A stretch of 46,713 nucleotides of DNA, filler included, from Catajapyx aquilonaris (taxonomy: Eukaryota): NCBI GenBank assembly GCA_000934665.2. It is 2 parts of 2 records of this genome, joined end to end, with 100 filler letters (N's around TTAATTAATTAA, not from the genome) between each part and the next. Parts side by side here need not be neighbours in the genome. Positions count along the whole stretch, not along the records: positions 1 to 23,157 come from JYFJ02005719.1; 1 more part is not named here. One strand, 5' to 3'. The translations under genes and the position numbers were made by a program. Below the pieces are notes generated by a model. It was given only the letters and a program-made list of their open reading frames with translations. It had not been told where the DNA came from and did not search any database. Every line of letters starts with the position of its first letter. Within the stretch, counting starts at the first letter, position 1. This document shows positions 1 through 13,518 of the stretch, one piece after another.

Positions 1-718
1 CGAAAAAAGTGCTTCCCTGTAGAATGAGAGAAATGCACATCAGTCATAATCTCTGCAAATACTGTGTATGGGCCTTTTTGTATCGGACATGGCCACATAC
101 ACGCAAGGCAAGCAACATGCACGCGATGGTCCACCAACTTCGATAGAGAAACGATCTACGTCCATGTACTCTTGCACCTTCCGACCGACGACCCACTTTC
201 TCTATTACACCCGGTACAGGCCTGCTCACCACAAGCGGTTCACATAACAATACTCACCACTGTCCACTTTCATTACAATTAGTCCGCCTGATAAGTTCCT
301 TGATCGCTTATTCACTTGTTATTCACCATGAGTTGACAAGTGGAGATGTATTGTTCACCTGTCCTTGCGTTGTCACAAAGAGTGGCTACTTGCAAATCAT
401 AACCTTTGGAAGTCAACGCGGACATAAGTATTGTCATATAATAATAGCTCCAGTTTAAAAAGGGTCCAGCGTAAGAAATTTAGAGGTCCCCAGCGCAAGG
501 TGATAAACATTAATCTTAGGTTGGGCGACCTCAGCTGTTCTTTGGACCAGTGTACTCTAATGTGTCACGCATGAGCCTAATAGGGTGAAGGTAAAAAGGT
601 AAAGCGGTTTTCAAAACTTGTTAGTGGAACGTGATTTCAGGGTTATGGATTTGGTAGCAAGTAATGGCAATCTGACGTAATATTATTTGTCGAATATAGG
701 TGGCGGAAAGACAACGTC

Positions 719-3329
719 ATGAAGAAATCAGAAGAGAATGTTCCTGCACCAGAAACCAAGTTTGAAGATTTGTTGGCTCTGGTGGGATCAGCTGGACGAT
801 GGCAGCTCCAAGTGTGTCTAGTCGGAGTCATAATGGGCACAATAGTCATATCTCAAGCACATAATTATGTCTTCCTAATGATGGTACCGGACCACTGGTG
901 TCGTCTACCGGCGTTGGACGATGGCGCCGGAGCCAACTGGACGCTAGAACGTCTGAAAGATGTGGCTCTTCCAAAAGAAACACGCAACAATAAATTCACC
1001 CATAGTCAATGCCGGATTTTTCAAATGGATCTGGAATCGTTGATTCAGGAGCCTTGGGATCCTCAATTGGCAGAGAAACTTCTGAGCAACAACAGTACTG
1101 AATCAGTAGCATGCACCCAGTGGGACTACAATCGCACTCCGTACGAGGAGACGACAGTATCTGAGGTACGACTTGACTTTCTAAACTAACTGAAGCTATA
1201 TAATTCCACGCCATAATTCACTAATTACATTACAAAAGTTGCCTTGCATGACGCTAATTTACTTTTAATAGCTACAGTAAACCTCCTGAGTCACATGATG
1301 GTTCAATGTTGCAATAGAACTAACAGTTTGAATTTCTCTCTGTAGACGCTACACCATAGTATGTCACAAAGCTTTTTTCCTCAAATGTCTTTTAGTGGGA
1401 TCTGGTCTGCGACAGAGCTGCACTGCGGTCAACCCTCATTAGCATCATGATATTCGGAAACTTGATTGGTTCCTTGGCCGGTGGGATTATCAGTGATAAG
1501 TACGAGTCCCCAGTTCTCTGTACATTGCATCACCGTAATGTTGTTTTGCATATACCAACAGATTCGGAAGACGAATAGCGTGCATTGTTACCGGAGCAGC
1601 ATTTGCAGTAGGATCGGTGTCCAGTTCTTTCGCCCCTTCATACGTGTACATGCTGGTCCTTAGAGCCATCAATGGAGCAGGTGGAGTGGGGCTATTCACA
1701 TGCACCTTCACTCTTAGTGAGTCACGTCGAGTAGTTTATTCGATCACTTCAAAGTGCAGTAAATAATAATCATTGCAGTGATCGAGTTGGTCAGCACCAA
1801 GAACAGGGCCAAATGGAATAATTATTTTGATACCGGGCCTGCATGCGCCTTCTTTCTAAGCGCCACTCTAGGGTATTTCTTCACCAGTTGGAGAACAATC
1901 CAACTGTCAGGAAGCCTTCCCTCTATACCACTACTCATTATCATCTGGTGGTAAGAATGAACATGCTCTCTCACATATCTATTGCATTCAACCGAGTGAG
2001 AAATGATTAATACAATTTGTCACACTTTTTTTAAAGGTTGATCCCTGAATCGCCTCGATGGTTGTTGACTAAAGGAAGGCTGGAAGAGGCTCAAAGCCTT
2101 CTAGAAAATGTTGCTGCCAAGAATAGAAAGGAAGTGAAGCCTGAGTTGCTTCGTCAGGTAATCGAGTCCGTCCGTAAGGAAGTATTGAAGGAATCGTCCA
2201 CGTCGACAGATGATCGAGGTTATTGGAAGAAAATGGCAGGACGGCTCAAGAAGACTCTTGCCAAGATATGCGGAAGAGAGTTTCGTACAAGGAGTATGAA
2301 GATGGCGTTTTGTTGGTTTGTGACAGCCTTCTTGATATATGCTGTCATTTACATGAATGCTAGGCTGGATGCAGGGCCCGTGATTGCCATTGCCCTTCAG
2401 GGAGGTCAGTACTGCATTTAGTAATGTCTAAGGACCTCATTAATTTTAAGCCATTCTTGCAGTCATGGTTTTACTGTCTCGTCTGACAATCTGGTGGCCC
2501 CTGGACCACTGGGGAAGGAAGAACACGTTTTGTACAGCGTTTTTCCTAGCTGGAGGACTGATGATAGGTGTCGCATTTGTGCCAGAACAGATGAGTTGGC
2601 TCATCCTGTGCCTCTTCTTGGTGGTCACATACAATGGTTCCACGCTTTTCAGCGTCGTTTACCTCATCACTGCTGAACTGTTCCCGACCGAAGTTAGAAA
2701 TCTCACCATAGGGGCTGGTTCTGTTTGCGCCAGATTAGGAGGCATTGCTTCGCCTTATGTCGTCGACCTGTTGGTTCGTAGTGTAGCCAGGGTTTTATGG
2801 CTACTTTGGTTGACAACATGTATTTTTTTGTTGCAGGGTCGATACAGTTACTTTGTGCCGAACTTGGTCCTAGGAATCGCAGGCCTTCTCGCCGGAGTAG
2901 TCAGTCTTACTTTGCCCGAGACAAGGAAGGAGACACTTCCTGACACAGTTCACGATGTGGAAGAGCAACAAGCACAACAACGGTACGACTCCTCTTCCCA
3001 AACCTTATCTTAGTTAAACAATAAGAGTACGACACCCTTCTTATTAAAACAGGAATATGCTGGGGACATGGGAAACTTCAACAAACAAAATAAGTTCTAA
3101 AGTTGTAAGAATCGAATAATGAAGGTTCGTTGGGTGATGTAAAAGGGTGTGGTCTCTGCCTAATGTCGCTGGTTGTGCTGAGAGTTGTCACTTTAAAACG
3201 TAATGGCTGACTTTCTTTTGCAGAAGAAAATCTTCTAGTCGTACACCTTCCGTCTGGACAACAACTGAGAGCGCGTCAGGACAGCTTGGCAATGGTGTCG
3301 CTGCTGGGAAGCAAATAACCAGACTTTAA
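719..3329 (+). CDS. SLC22/organic cation transporter-like MFS protein, paralog 1 (8 exons, ~602 aa)
   Basis: Exons 719-1165, 1396-1499, 1562-1716, 1779-1950, 2037-2404, 2463-2773, 2837-2982, 3224-3329. All introns are GT-AG and the frame is continuous. SLC22 motifs: FEDLL..VG..GRWQ, PDHWC, WDLVCD, SDKFGRR, IPESPRWL, ELFPTEVRN, LPET. C-terminus is ITRL. Confidence 0.93.
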
Positions 3330-6300
3330 AGAATCCCTAGGGACTCTTATTTCATTGTTGTACTCGCAATAATAATGTGATGCCACGTGTAAACTTTAGC
3401 TGGTTAGGTTGTGAAAAATGCTCAAGCAGCCATTGACGGACACTTTCGCAGTACCGCCTGCACTGGTAGAACGGAAGGTGAAAAGTGACATTATTTTGTA
3501 ATGTACACAGTATAACTTCGGCTTTGCTTCAGACGTCTGACTTCCTTGGTGGGATAAGGGCAAGGCTATATAGCTTTGAATGCCAGTAGTTGATTTGCAT
3601 TATGAGTTCCTATTACCTCCACGACACAGAACAAAAACAGTATTATGAGTCTGACGTGTGACATAAAAATGCAGTCCACCAAATGTACTCTTCGAAGTAG
3701 GCCCTAATTGAAGCAGTAAGAATCAGTGAGTAGTCATCTGCTAAATTAATATGCTACGGTAAGTGCAGTAAATGCTGCAAATAATCTCAATTATTGTCGA
3801 TGGAAAAACATGGAAATATCTCATAGGGCAGGGAGTACCGAACTCATTTGTCAGTAAAACAGAAACCAGCTAGAATTTGATTTATTAATTATTATTGACA
3901 ATAACTAATCCACCATTAGGCCAACATTAATAATAGGGCAAAGCACTGGGTTTATGTTTTACTGAGTTCAGTGATTTCCACCCTTAGACTAATCACATAA
4001 GCAGCTGTGGTGGCTGGTACTGTACATCCGGCATGAAACAATAAGGTGTGACAGTGTTTTGTCGTAAAGTACAGTAGTTGTTTTAAAAATTTCTGATTTT
4101 TTTGTTTTCATTCCTACACTTCTGGGTTTTAAAAATATGCAATCAGTATTATTGAACCAAGTGTAATTATATAACTATACAGTATACAGTGTATACAGGA
4201 CAGTGTAGCCTACTGATAATATTTCGCTATCTAAGCTATACACCGCCCTCGTTTTCTTTCATTATATTATAAAGTATTTATTAAAATTTGCAATAATACT
4301 ATGTATAAGGAGTAACAATTCGAAGCATGAACTTAGTCACTACTATTTTGTATTAAAATGATAGCCAATATATGACATTACTTGCTGCTAATAAATAACT
4401 TGCATAATATTTTTGAATATAAAATGACATTGAATCCCTAGCAATACTCTGATCTAAAGTGGTGATATTACATACACATTTTTATGTGGCTTTCTGACAG
4501 AAATGAGCAGAGATAGGTTTTGCAGTTGATGCATAAAATGAGTATCGCTTTGCAACGTAGACAGTTCGGTAATTCTCTTCCATCAAGCACTACCTATTTT
4601 GATATTTTTTATCTTACTCAGAATGACAAGTTATACAGCATTGTGTGTACGTATATTAGTAGTGTCACTATCTTTGCCATCTGGGTCACATTTAGGCGGT
4701 ACTAACGGGAGAGTATGTGAAGGAGGAATGACTCGTCTAGTGTATTTCATCGGTATAATATTAATTATTTAATTGCATATTCAATTATGCCATCTAAAGG
4801 TTTGCGTATACAAGTACAGTGAAAGTTGTCTATAATAAAGTGTCTTCGTTCCGCAAAATTTTTCCAGAATTTACTGGTCAAGTGTCCTTTTTTACTGTAC
4901 GTACATGCAATGAAAATCTTTACCAGGATCGACAAAAGTGGCCGAAGTGGACATGTTTCCATTACCATGCTGATACTTTCTAATACTATCTACCCCATAC
5001 ATAAGAAATACTAACATATTTCAGAATAGAAGAAAAATCCCTTACGACCATTATATTTTGGCGATTTCTATTTATTTATACCAATGGCATGTTTTCTGAT
5101 CTGACGTCTGGTGAAGTCCTTAGTCCTAAATGTTCATAAGGAGCCATAGGAGATCTCATTCACATATACGATAGTGCAACTGAGTCCAGTCATAGCAATA
5201 GAAAGAGGGGGTTTCACGATCATTTCAGTCTTATTTATATAAGAAGTAGACTATTATTCTACTGGCATCAGTTCAATTCACTGCTCATTATACGTATTAC
5301 AGGAATGAGTTACAAGATCAACACCACCCTACAGTTTGCACATTCATATTTTTCCAGTATGATCCAAACTATCATTATTTATATCTTGTACACTCAGTTC
5401 TTTTCTGAGAGAACAATGGCGATTTTCCCTTAGAATATTCATATCTTATCAACATTCATCAGCAGAGTATAGACTCACAATGGATGAGAATATTTTTGAA
5501 ATTAGCATTTTATTCAACACATACATTACCTTTATAGTGCACTACATGTGGATTGGCCTTCTTTTCAATGAGAAGGCATATCGCACTTCAAACTGTAAAT
5601 ATTTATGGAGTCAAATATTCTGGCTGGTACCGTTAATTGATTGTATAAATGACATCTTATCAAGTTGGAGTAAGATCGCTACAAGCTGTACCGTTGGGTG
5701 ATTACCATCGAACTCTGACCTTTCCTTACGCAAACAACACCACCAAAATGTCTCTTTCTCGCTTCCACCTAATTAGAACCATTGAGAAACCCTCTCAGAC
5801 ATCTCTGTCTGTACCAAGCCGACAGGGTTGTTGACTTGTCCTATACCCTAATAGTCTTCACGTGACTACTACAACATCGTCCGCTCTTGACCTGGCGACA
5901 AATCGACTACTTTCTTTTCCTATCCCAGGAATCCTTCACAATGGGACCACGTGCGCCCGGCACTTCGATAGCATTTGTCGTGACATCACCGGGTACCTAG
6001 CATCAGTAGCATCCAGGCACAACCGGAGCCAGTGACCCTCACAATAGTCAGTCCCCAATCCTCCAGCAGCATCATCAACACCTCCTCCTCCTTCCCCCCC
6101 CCACTCCCCTACCCTCCTTCCTTCTCTCCTCCTGGCTTCACTTATTACACACATTGAGTAGGTCCACACAAATGAGCTGCTCCTTATTAGTTCGTGAGCT
6201 TGACTTGCCTTAGCTGATATCCGGTAATATCCAGGTGAGTGTTCACATTGTTCTTTCATATCACAGTGTGTTCGCAAGCATCATGGGTTAGCGAGGAATG

Positions 6301-7814
6301 TTTCCCAGGTAAATTAATTTTCTGTTAGACCTTGAATATAATTAAGGGGGGTCATATGAGAGGTAATGTTGAACATAATGCAATATAATGCTGTAAATTA
6401 CTGTCGTCACGTAGCCATGTTAATATATCATCAAGTGACAAACATAGGTTGTAACAACTGGCATATATAATTAGATGTTATTGTGGGATTACCACAACAC
6501 ACTGCTTATTGTCCCTGTGCTGTGATAACATTTTATATCCAATGCCAAACTGTGTATGGATATTCCCTTGAATATATGGCACGCTCCCTATGCATTCATC
6601 ATTGTCACTTGACTGGTATGTGTGCAATATTAGCAAAGTGAAAAACAGATTCGGTAACATGTAGTACCAGAACGTGCTTGTAAGTATTGCTGCAGACAAT
6701 TATTGCTGCTTAGCATGTGATAATTGCAGCCAGACGCGTATTATTTCACCTTTTACCCTTCCGTACTCCTTACCTGCTGTGCCTTCTGTTTCACTATATT
6801 TTATTGCCTTAAATAACATGTTTTCTTTCATTGAAGATTCTACTTAATATTAAGGTTAAAAACTACCAAGCTTCAACCATCGCAGGTCTCAGTTCAACCT
6901 ATACAGTAATATTATTGCTGCACATAGGAACAGTTGTTTAAGAATTACAATTGCAACAGTACTATATTATATTTTGTAAAGAGACAAAGCATAATATTTC
7001 ATAAAAAATTTCGGCTAATAAAATTGTAATAGGAATAAAATAAAATAGCTACTTCACCGCACAATACATCACTATTGACTCTCTGACTCGTGAATTGCGC
7101 CTGTATACGTAATTATTGCTATGTGAAAGTTAGGTTAGAGACAAAGGAGAGTAAAAATGTTGATCACCAATGGCATTTAATCAGTTAATCATAACTGTGA
7201 TAGTTTTCATTAATCATAATAATACTGCCATCATAACTATGTGCTACTCCTTTGCCCACGTGAAATGCTTATCTTAACACACCCAGCCAGTTGTAGCTAG
7301 CCAAGGCGTTTTAATTATAGTCCTGTTTGAATTCTCCTACAGTTTTACTATCTCCATTGAATGGATAAGGAAGCGCATGCTTCATAACGGATAATAATTG
7401 CGGACACATTTTGTAGTCATATCTATCTCACTCCTGTGTTGGAAGATATACGCTAGGAATGTGCAACTCGAAAACAAATTTTCTACCATGTACCCTATTC
7501 AATAATCAAGTTATTAGTAGTGAAGCCACCACCTCATTTGCGTGGTCCTTACAAACAAGGGGTGTGCAGGTCGTGCATATCACATGGCGTGTAACTTCCT
7601 GAAAGTGGCATCAAACTCTCGTTCTTTTTTTTCTTTCTTTACCAGCTGTAATGTCTTTATAATAGCGTTTAAATGACGACACCGGGTCTAACACCTCTAC
7701 TTTGTGCAGTTATGTCCTTGCCATTAAGTAGACAAACAAGATGGGTTCTTTCCTTCCCTGCAGTCAAACAGTAGCAGACATTACTTATTGGTCCATCACC
7801 TCGGAGGAGCAGAC

Positions 7815-10236
7815 ATGTTTGAGGATTTGCTGGATTTGGTGGGCGGCGAGGGTCGCTGGCAGCTGGAAGTGCTGCTCTTGGCCTCTTTGCAAGGGGTACT
7901 CAGCAACCTTCAAATGTACTCGTTTGTGTTCCTCTTGGCCGTGCCAGACCACTGGTGCCATGTCCCAGCCCTGGAGGCCGCGAACTGGACCAGAGAACAA
8001 ATTCAGAAGGTTGCCTTCCCCAGGTCTGCCTTATTATAATTTGCATGTGGCAACTGATTACATTGCACTGATTAATGACAATTTCGTGGTTTCCAGGCAA
8101 GACACTGAAGGGCATGAAACTTACAGTCGGTGTCATATGTACGACCATAATTACACCCTTCTGGCGGAGAACCCTTGGTTAGTAGAAATTGATGACAATA
8201 TCACAGATGCCCCCATCGTTCCTTGCACTTCGTGGGTGTACAGCACTGATGATTATGAAGAAACTTTAGTGTCCCAGGTATGGTTCAGAGCATTACGAAT
8301 AAAACAGTTTCAGTAATAGTGTAATCTTTGACAGTGGGACATGGTGTGTTCTCGAGTGGCGTTGGCGTCCACAACTGAATCTCTCTACGTCCTCGGACAA
8401 CTGTCCGGATCGTTAATTGGAGGAATACTGTCGGACAAATTCGGTCGCAGACAGGTGACCCTCCTGAGTATGGGACTCTGGGCCGTGTGCTCAGTAGCTG
8501 TTGTCTTTGTTCCCATCCATGGGCTCTTCTTGGCGTTGCGATTGGCAGCAGGGGCTGGTCAATTTGCAACTTACACCTGCTTCTTTACCTTGAGTACGTG
8601 CCTGATATGATGGAAGCTTAATTTGTTTAATAATTTTGCATGTGTACTTATTTTTCTATTTGAACGCAGTGATGGAAATAGTGGCTTTGGATGCCAGAGC
8701 ACGATGGACAAACTATTTCAACATTGGAAATGCTCTTGGAATTGTGATGCTCGCAGGGGTTGGATATTTTCTGAGACACTGGAGGACCCTTCAATTAGCA
8801 ATAAGCTTACCATGCTTACTGCTGCCTCCTCTTTCGTGGTGGTTAGTGACACTGGCAATATTTGGTTGCATGTTATATCAGTGATATTGCAATTCTTTTG
8901 CAGGCTGCTTCCGGAATCACCCCGATGGCTCATTTTACAAAACCGTACGAAGGAAGCCGAAGAGATCCTCCGGTTTGCTGCATCCAAAAATGGCAAGACC
9001 CTTCCTGAGGGTGACAAATTCACTCGTGAACTACGCGTACTTGTAAAGGTGACCAGGTGGTGTGAGATTGACACCTTTTATGGCCCTACCATGCCCTTAT
9101 TATTTGCTTTTACTCCTGTCTTTCCGTACCATTTCAGGACACAAGTACTCCAGCTAAAGTTCCTCAGGAATCTTCACCTCCTTCAAAACGTTGGATCCAA
9201 AGACTCTCAATACCGAGAACTCTAGTGCTCTTCCGAGGCCGAAAAATGCGTTCTCGAAGCCTCATGGTCAACTTTGCATGGTTGGTCACGTTCATGCTCC
9301 TCTACGGAGTCACATACGCCTCGTCCAAACTTGGCACAGGACCGGTGGTGCTTTTGGCCTTCCAAGGAAGTAAGTCACTGGTTACAGGGCTTGGACTGAA
9401 TAGATTATGAAACTCTCACTTTATTCACAGTGGCCAACGTCCTGTCCAGGTTAACAACTTCCCGACCCCTGCAAAGCCTTGGTCGTAAACCCATGATGGT
9501 CGCCAGTTTTTTGCTGGCTGGTTTATCTACAACCGCAGCTGGTTTCGCTCCCGAGACCATGCCTTGGATGGTGCTATGCCTGTTCGTAGTGGCGTCGTTC
9601 AGCGTCGCGACGCTCTTTCCGGTTGTGTATTTGGTCACTGCTGAGCTGTTTCCTACTCAGGTGCGCAATATGGCACTGGGTATTGGAAACATTTGTGGTA
9701 GATGTGGAGGAATGGCTGCCACCTATGTCGTCGACCTTCTCGTAAGTACGTGTCACTCTAAGTCATGGTATTGTATCACATGTTTGGCTTATTTTTCAGG
9801 CTCAGTACCGTCACTTTATTCCAAGTATGATTTTCGGAGGACTGGCAGCCTTGGCCGCCATGGCTACTTACCTTCTACCAGAGACAAAGGAGGAGACACT
9901 TCCTGACACTCTGGAGGAAGTGGAAGACGAGGCCTCTTCAGCAAGGTAATCTAGTCCAGACATTCAAATATGTTACGTATGTGTGTAGCATGTTATGCTG
10001 GCATAAGGTTTTTCTACCAAGTTATAATACATCAGCAAAAAAACTCATTCATTGCATAGCATGAATTCTTCATATTATATAAGCCATGCACTCTTATTTT
10101 TGAAGTATGTACACTCCAGTTTTTATTTCTCTTCAGATCCAGTCGATTGGACCTCGCAGAAGTAGGAAAGGCCAAAACAAACAACCTGTGTCATGCCCCG
10201 CTCCCTAATCAATCGGCGGAAATCACCAGATTATGA
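7815..10236 (+). CDS. SLC22/organic cation transporter-like MFS protein, paralog 2 (9 coding exons, ~584 aa)
   Basis: Exons 7815-8023, 8097-8277, 8335-8593, 8670-8841, 8904-9048, 9138-9369, 9431-9741, 9800-9945, 10137-10236. Same motifs as paralog 1 (MFEDLLDLVGGEGRWQ, PDHWC, WDMVC, SDKFGRR, LPESPRWL, ELFPTQVRN, LPET) and ends in ITRL. An acceptor at 7763 implies an upstream exon, so the start codon is less certain. Confidence 0.92.
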
Positions 10237-10570
10237 TGTTTGTTCTCTAGCGATAACTAATAAGTGTGTATAAGTATTAATGCGTATATTTTGTGTATTT
10301 TTTATAATCGAATCATAACATATTGTATCACATTGCCCTTGTCCTTGAATTGGATGTTGTTGTTTTCAACATCACGATATTGTTCCTCTTGAATATCTCC
10401 CAAGTTTGGGCATTTTGTCGTCATACACCAATTATCTGGTTGTGTTGGTATCAGAACGTGCGTATGTGGAGTAAAAAAAATAAACTTAAATGATATTGTT
10501 ACTACTGTGTTATCAGCAGGCCATCAGTTGCGACATTTTTTTTTATACATCTAACCAACCTCATAGAGTA

Positions 10571-11556
10571 TCCTTATTAATATAAAGCACAAAGTTTGTT
10601 GGTATAGTGTATGTATGTCACCCCTATTTAGCCCACTTCTCGAGTACCGAGAGCTCTGAAATTTGACATGCCCATGTCTTACGTTTCGCTGATTCCGGGA
10701 AAAGTGCTAAAACCATGAATATTTGGAAACAAAGCGATGGGTTATGAACAAATCCGTATTTTAGTGCTAAACTTCTATAGGCTCCTCTGATAGTTCTGTG
10801 TAAAAAAAATATTCCCGAAAGTCATTGCTGTGTCTCAACTTTTAATGTAGACTGTGATGTCAAAATATATGGGGAATTCTTCAAGGCTGCAGTAGCCTAC
10901 ATGCAATGACTCAAGTTCTTGGAATAGTACTTCAAAACTGCATATAGGCTAATTAACACTGCAACGATGTTGCAAGCAATTGTGGGATAAGCCGCCTATT
11001 TAGAGAAATTGGTTTGTAATACGGAAATTGTTATTTTTCACCGAATCGTTTTTGCCAACTCCTTAAATTACAGCCCTCATCGTTCATGTTTTATACTGTA
11101 AGAGAGCTATTTTATAAAACTTTTATGTAATTTACAGATGTTTTTAACTACAATTAGTACTGTAATGTGAAAGATAAAATATTCTCCAACTGCATGAACA
11201 CTTGAAAAAAAAATTGCTCAATGCACTATTCCGTGCCATTCGTTGCTTATTTCTTTGGTTGTTTTTTTTAAATATATAAGTGGCGTATATTAACAAGGAC
11301 AAAAAGAAGCGTGTCGAAATGCGTGACGCACTTTCGGTCATGGATCACTCGACCTCGAGATAATTACATAGTATCAAATTTCTATTGTTTTGTCATAAAA
11401 AATGAAGGCCGTGATCTTCTTGACACACTGATTTTTACACCAGCATCCTTAAGAAAAGTACTGTCCCCAAACTCCCAATGCATTAACCACGCAACAAAAC
11501 GTGATTATCCGAAGAGCAGCGCTGGAGCAACCCGCGTAAATACAGTATCGGCTACA
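10571..11556 (+). mobile_element. Possible degraded non-autonomous Helitron
   Basis: Begins A|TCCTTATTAATATAAAGCACAAAGTTTGT..GTATGTATGTC, which resembles arthropod Helitron 5' ends. The 3' end is degraded and its position is a guess. Confidence 0.3.
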
Positions 11557-11815
11557 GTATTGATGTCAAATATGTTGTCAACTTCCCCCTCCTCCTGGCT
11601 ACGTCGAATCCCGAATATCTAGGCACCCTCACTCTCCTGGCTGTCTGCTTTCCTCCTCCTGTGATGAGGTAACGAACCGAGCATCGCTGTAACACCCAAC
11701 GTGTGTCGCAGTGGTGGTGGCCTGCTGCCCCGGGCAGCCTCACTCCGCCCGCTCGTTGCCCCCACCCCGACTAGGACAGGTGTGCCTCCTCCAACCCTCC
11801 AGCGCCCCACTTTCC

Positions 11816-11896
11816 ATGGGCGAGATGGTGTCTCTTTGTGGAGAGAGCATCCTCTGCCTGCTCAAGGGAAACTGCCGGTACTACGGTACCTCCGCC
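11816..11896 (+). CDS. Candidate alternative first coding exon A of HMG-CoA lyase (MGEMVSLCGESILCLLKGNCRYYGTSA)
   Basis: ATG-initiated 27-codon segment ending at a consensus GTGAGT donor in phase 0, compatible with the phase-0 acceptor at 13518. Confidence 0.6.
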
Positions 11897-13138
11897 GTGA
11901 GTATTTTGTCTCCATTCACGCTGTTATAACTAGGCGACTACTCACAACTGGCTAAATAAAAATAATGCCATGCAGAGGCCAAGTCGTCAGGTGGTACCAC
12001 AACTAATGGTACAGGTACCATACCTTTTGCATTTTCCCGGAAGTATTGTACTGTAACTGATTGCAATAACCAGTGGCCTTAACTGTAGATCCAGAGGCAG
12101 TCTACTGAGGCCATTGACTTATTGCCACAAGTCTAGTGATGAAACCTACAAGGTTTTAGCATTGAATGGTGTATTACCCAAGACTAATGTAGAGCTTTTT
12201 GTGTCTATGATCCGACACTCTCCGGCAACTGTTTTTGACAGGCACTGCAGAAAAACATTGCCAAAGAATGTTGGCTAATTGTAAAGAGAACAGGGGGAAT
12301 ATGCAGAGTTCATCCCCATCTGCTGCAATTTGCCTTAAAAGCGTGCAAGTTAAAGGTGTGTAATTATCCAGGAGAAAAACTTGAATTGACGTATATAAGA
12401 TCAGCAGTTTTAGTTTGGAAAAAAAAAATCAGTGCAATATCGCTGGGTTTTTTTCATCATAAAGTTACTATACCAACCCAAGTTGCTGTGTAAGGTTGTC
12501 AGTGTGTTATATTCAAGCACGTGATAAATATGCATCTTGATAAGGTAAGATTTTGCATCTTAGATAGGTACAATATATCTTAAAAAGTCAGACTCTACCG
12601 TGGAACTGAATTTGTAACAAATGCGGTAATTATTAATGCATAATTCTATTCACCTCATATTCATTGTACGTACATATTGTCTAAATCCTTTTTGCAGGAA
12701 AGTGCTTTTTTTGTGAGGCAGATGGTGGATTGTACAATGTGACATTTCTGCAGAGGTTAACGTGACTTATATTATTCTGGCACAGTACAGCCACTGCTGC
12801 TGTTACACTATAAAAAGTCTAATCAATCAATTATATTATTGCACATGGATAGGTGTTTCATTTTCTGCATATTCCCAGCAAATAAGTTTATTTTATTCCT
12901 CAATGGTCATACAGACTATTGAAACCAATGCCAATACCATTAACAATGTAACCCTTGGAGACATAATGAGGTGCTGATATAAAGGCTATGACACAATAAG
13001 TATTATTTTGCAATTGGAAATATTGCCCTGAAGAAGAAAGTGGGGACCTTGGAAACTTGCCAGGAGAAATGTCAAGGGCAGGGGTGGCAAGCCAGGGTGA
13101 GTGAGGAGGGTGTGGGGTGGTTGTGGAGGACACAGTCC

Positions 13139-13169
13139 TTTTATAAGTCATACATCACAGACATCAGTT
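13139..13169 (+). promoter_or_regulatory. TATA-like box plus TCAGTT initiator upstream of HMGCL exon B
   Basis: TATAA at 13142-13146 and TCAGTT (arthropod Inr consensus) at 13164-13169, about 60 nt before the ATG at 13227. Confidence 0.45.
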
Positions 13170-13226
13170 TCATTTTTCCGGCCAGCAGCATTAGTTGGGA
13201 TTGATTCCTTGTTTACAAGCTGAGCT

Positions 13227-13277
13227 ATGGCCCCTCACTCCACACTGCAAGATCAGCCACAGGCGTGGTCTGGCCAG
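13227..13277 (+). CDS. Candidate alternative first coding exon B of HMG-CoA lyase (MAPHSTLQDQPQAWSGQ)
   Basis: 17 codons ending CAG|GTAAAC in phase 0, preceded by TATA- and Inr-like motifs. Confidence 0.55.
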
Positions 13278-13518
13278 GTAAACTTGAGGCTAACAGTGTC
13301 CTGACCAACAGGATTTTTTTTTTTTTTTTTAAGAACTAGGCAAGTGTACAGGGTTGATCATGCATGCTCCTCATGCCCTTGCTTCACAAGGCAGCTCTTT
13401 CCACATGTTGGCTTGTGACCTATCATGTAACACATGTCTGGTCAGAGTGTAGACATTTTGATGGGTTACTGATTATTCTTAGGCAAGTGATTCATATTAA
13501 TAAGTACTTGTCTTTCAG

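Noticed and set aside
2451..2462. Upstream acceptor at 2450 giving a 46-nt intron
   Set aside because: The acceptor at 2462 has a better pyrimidine tract and gives a 311-nt exon identical in length to the paralog's.
5936..6308. 113-aa minus-strand ORF, or coding exons upstream of SLC22 paralog 2
   Set aside because: No recognisable protein. The donors at 6235 and 6309 may mark 5' UTR exons, but I found no in-frame ATG path to the acceptor at 7763.
12137..12225. Possible C/D-box snoRNA (GTGATGA)
   Set aside because: No convincing D box with a terminal stem.
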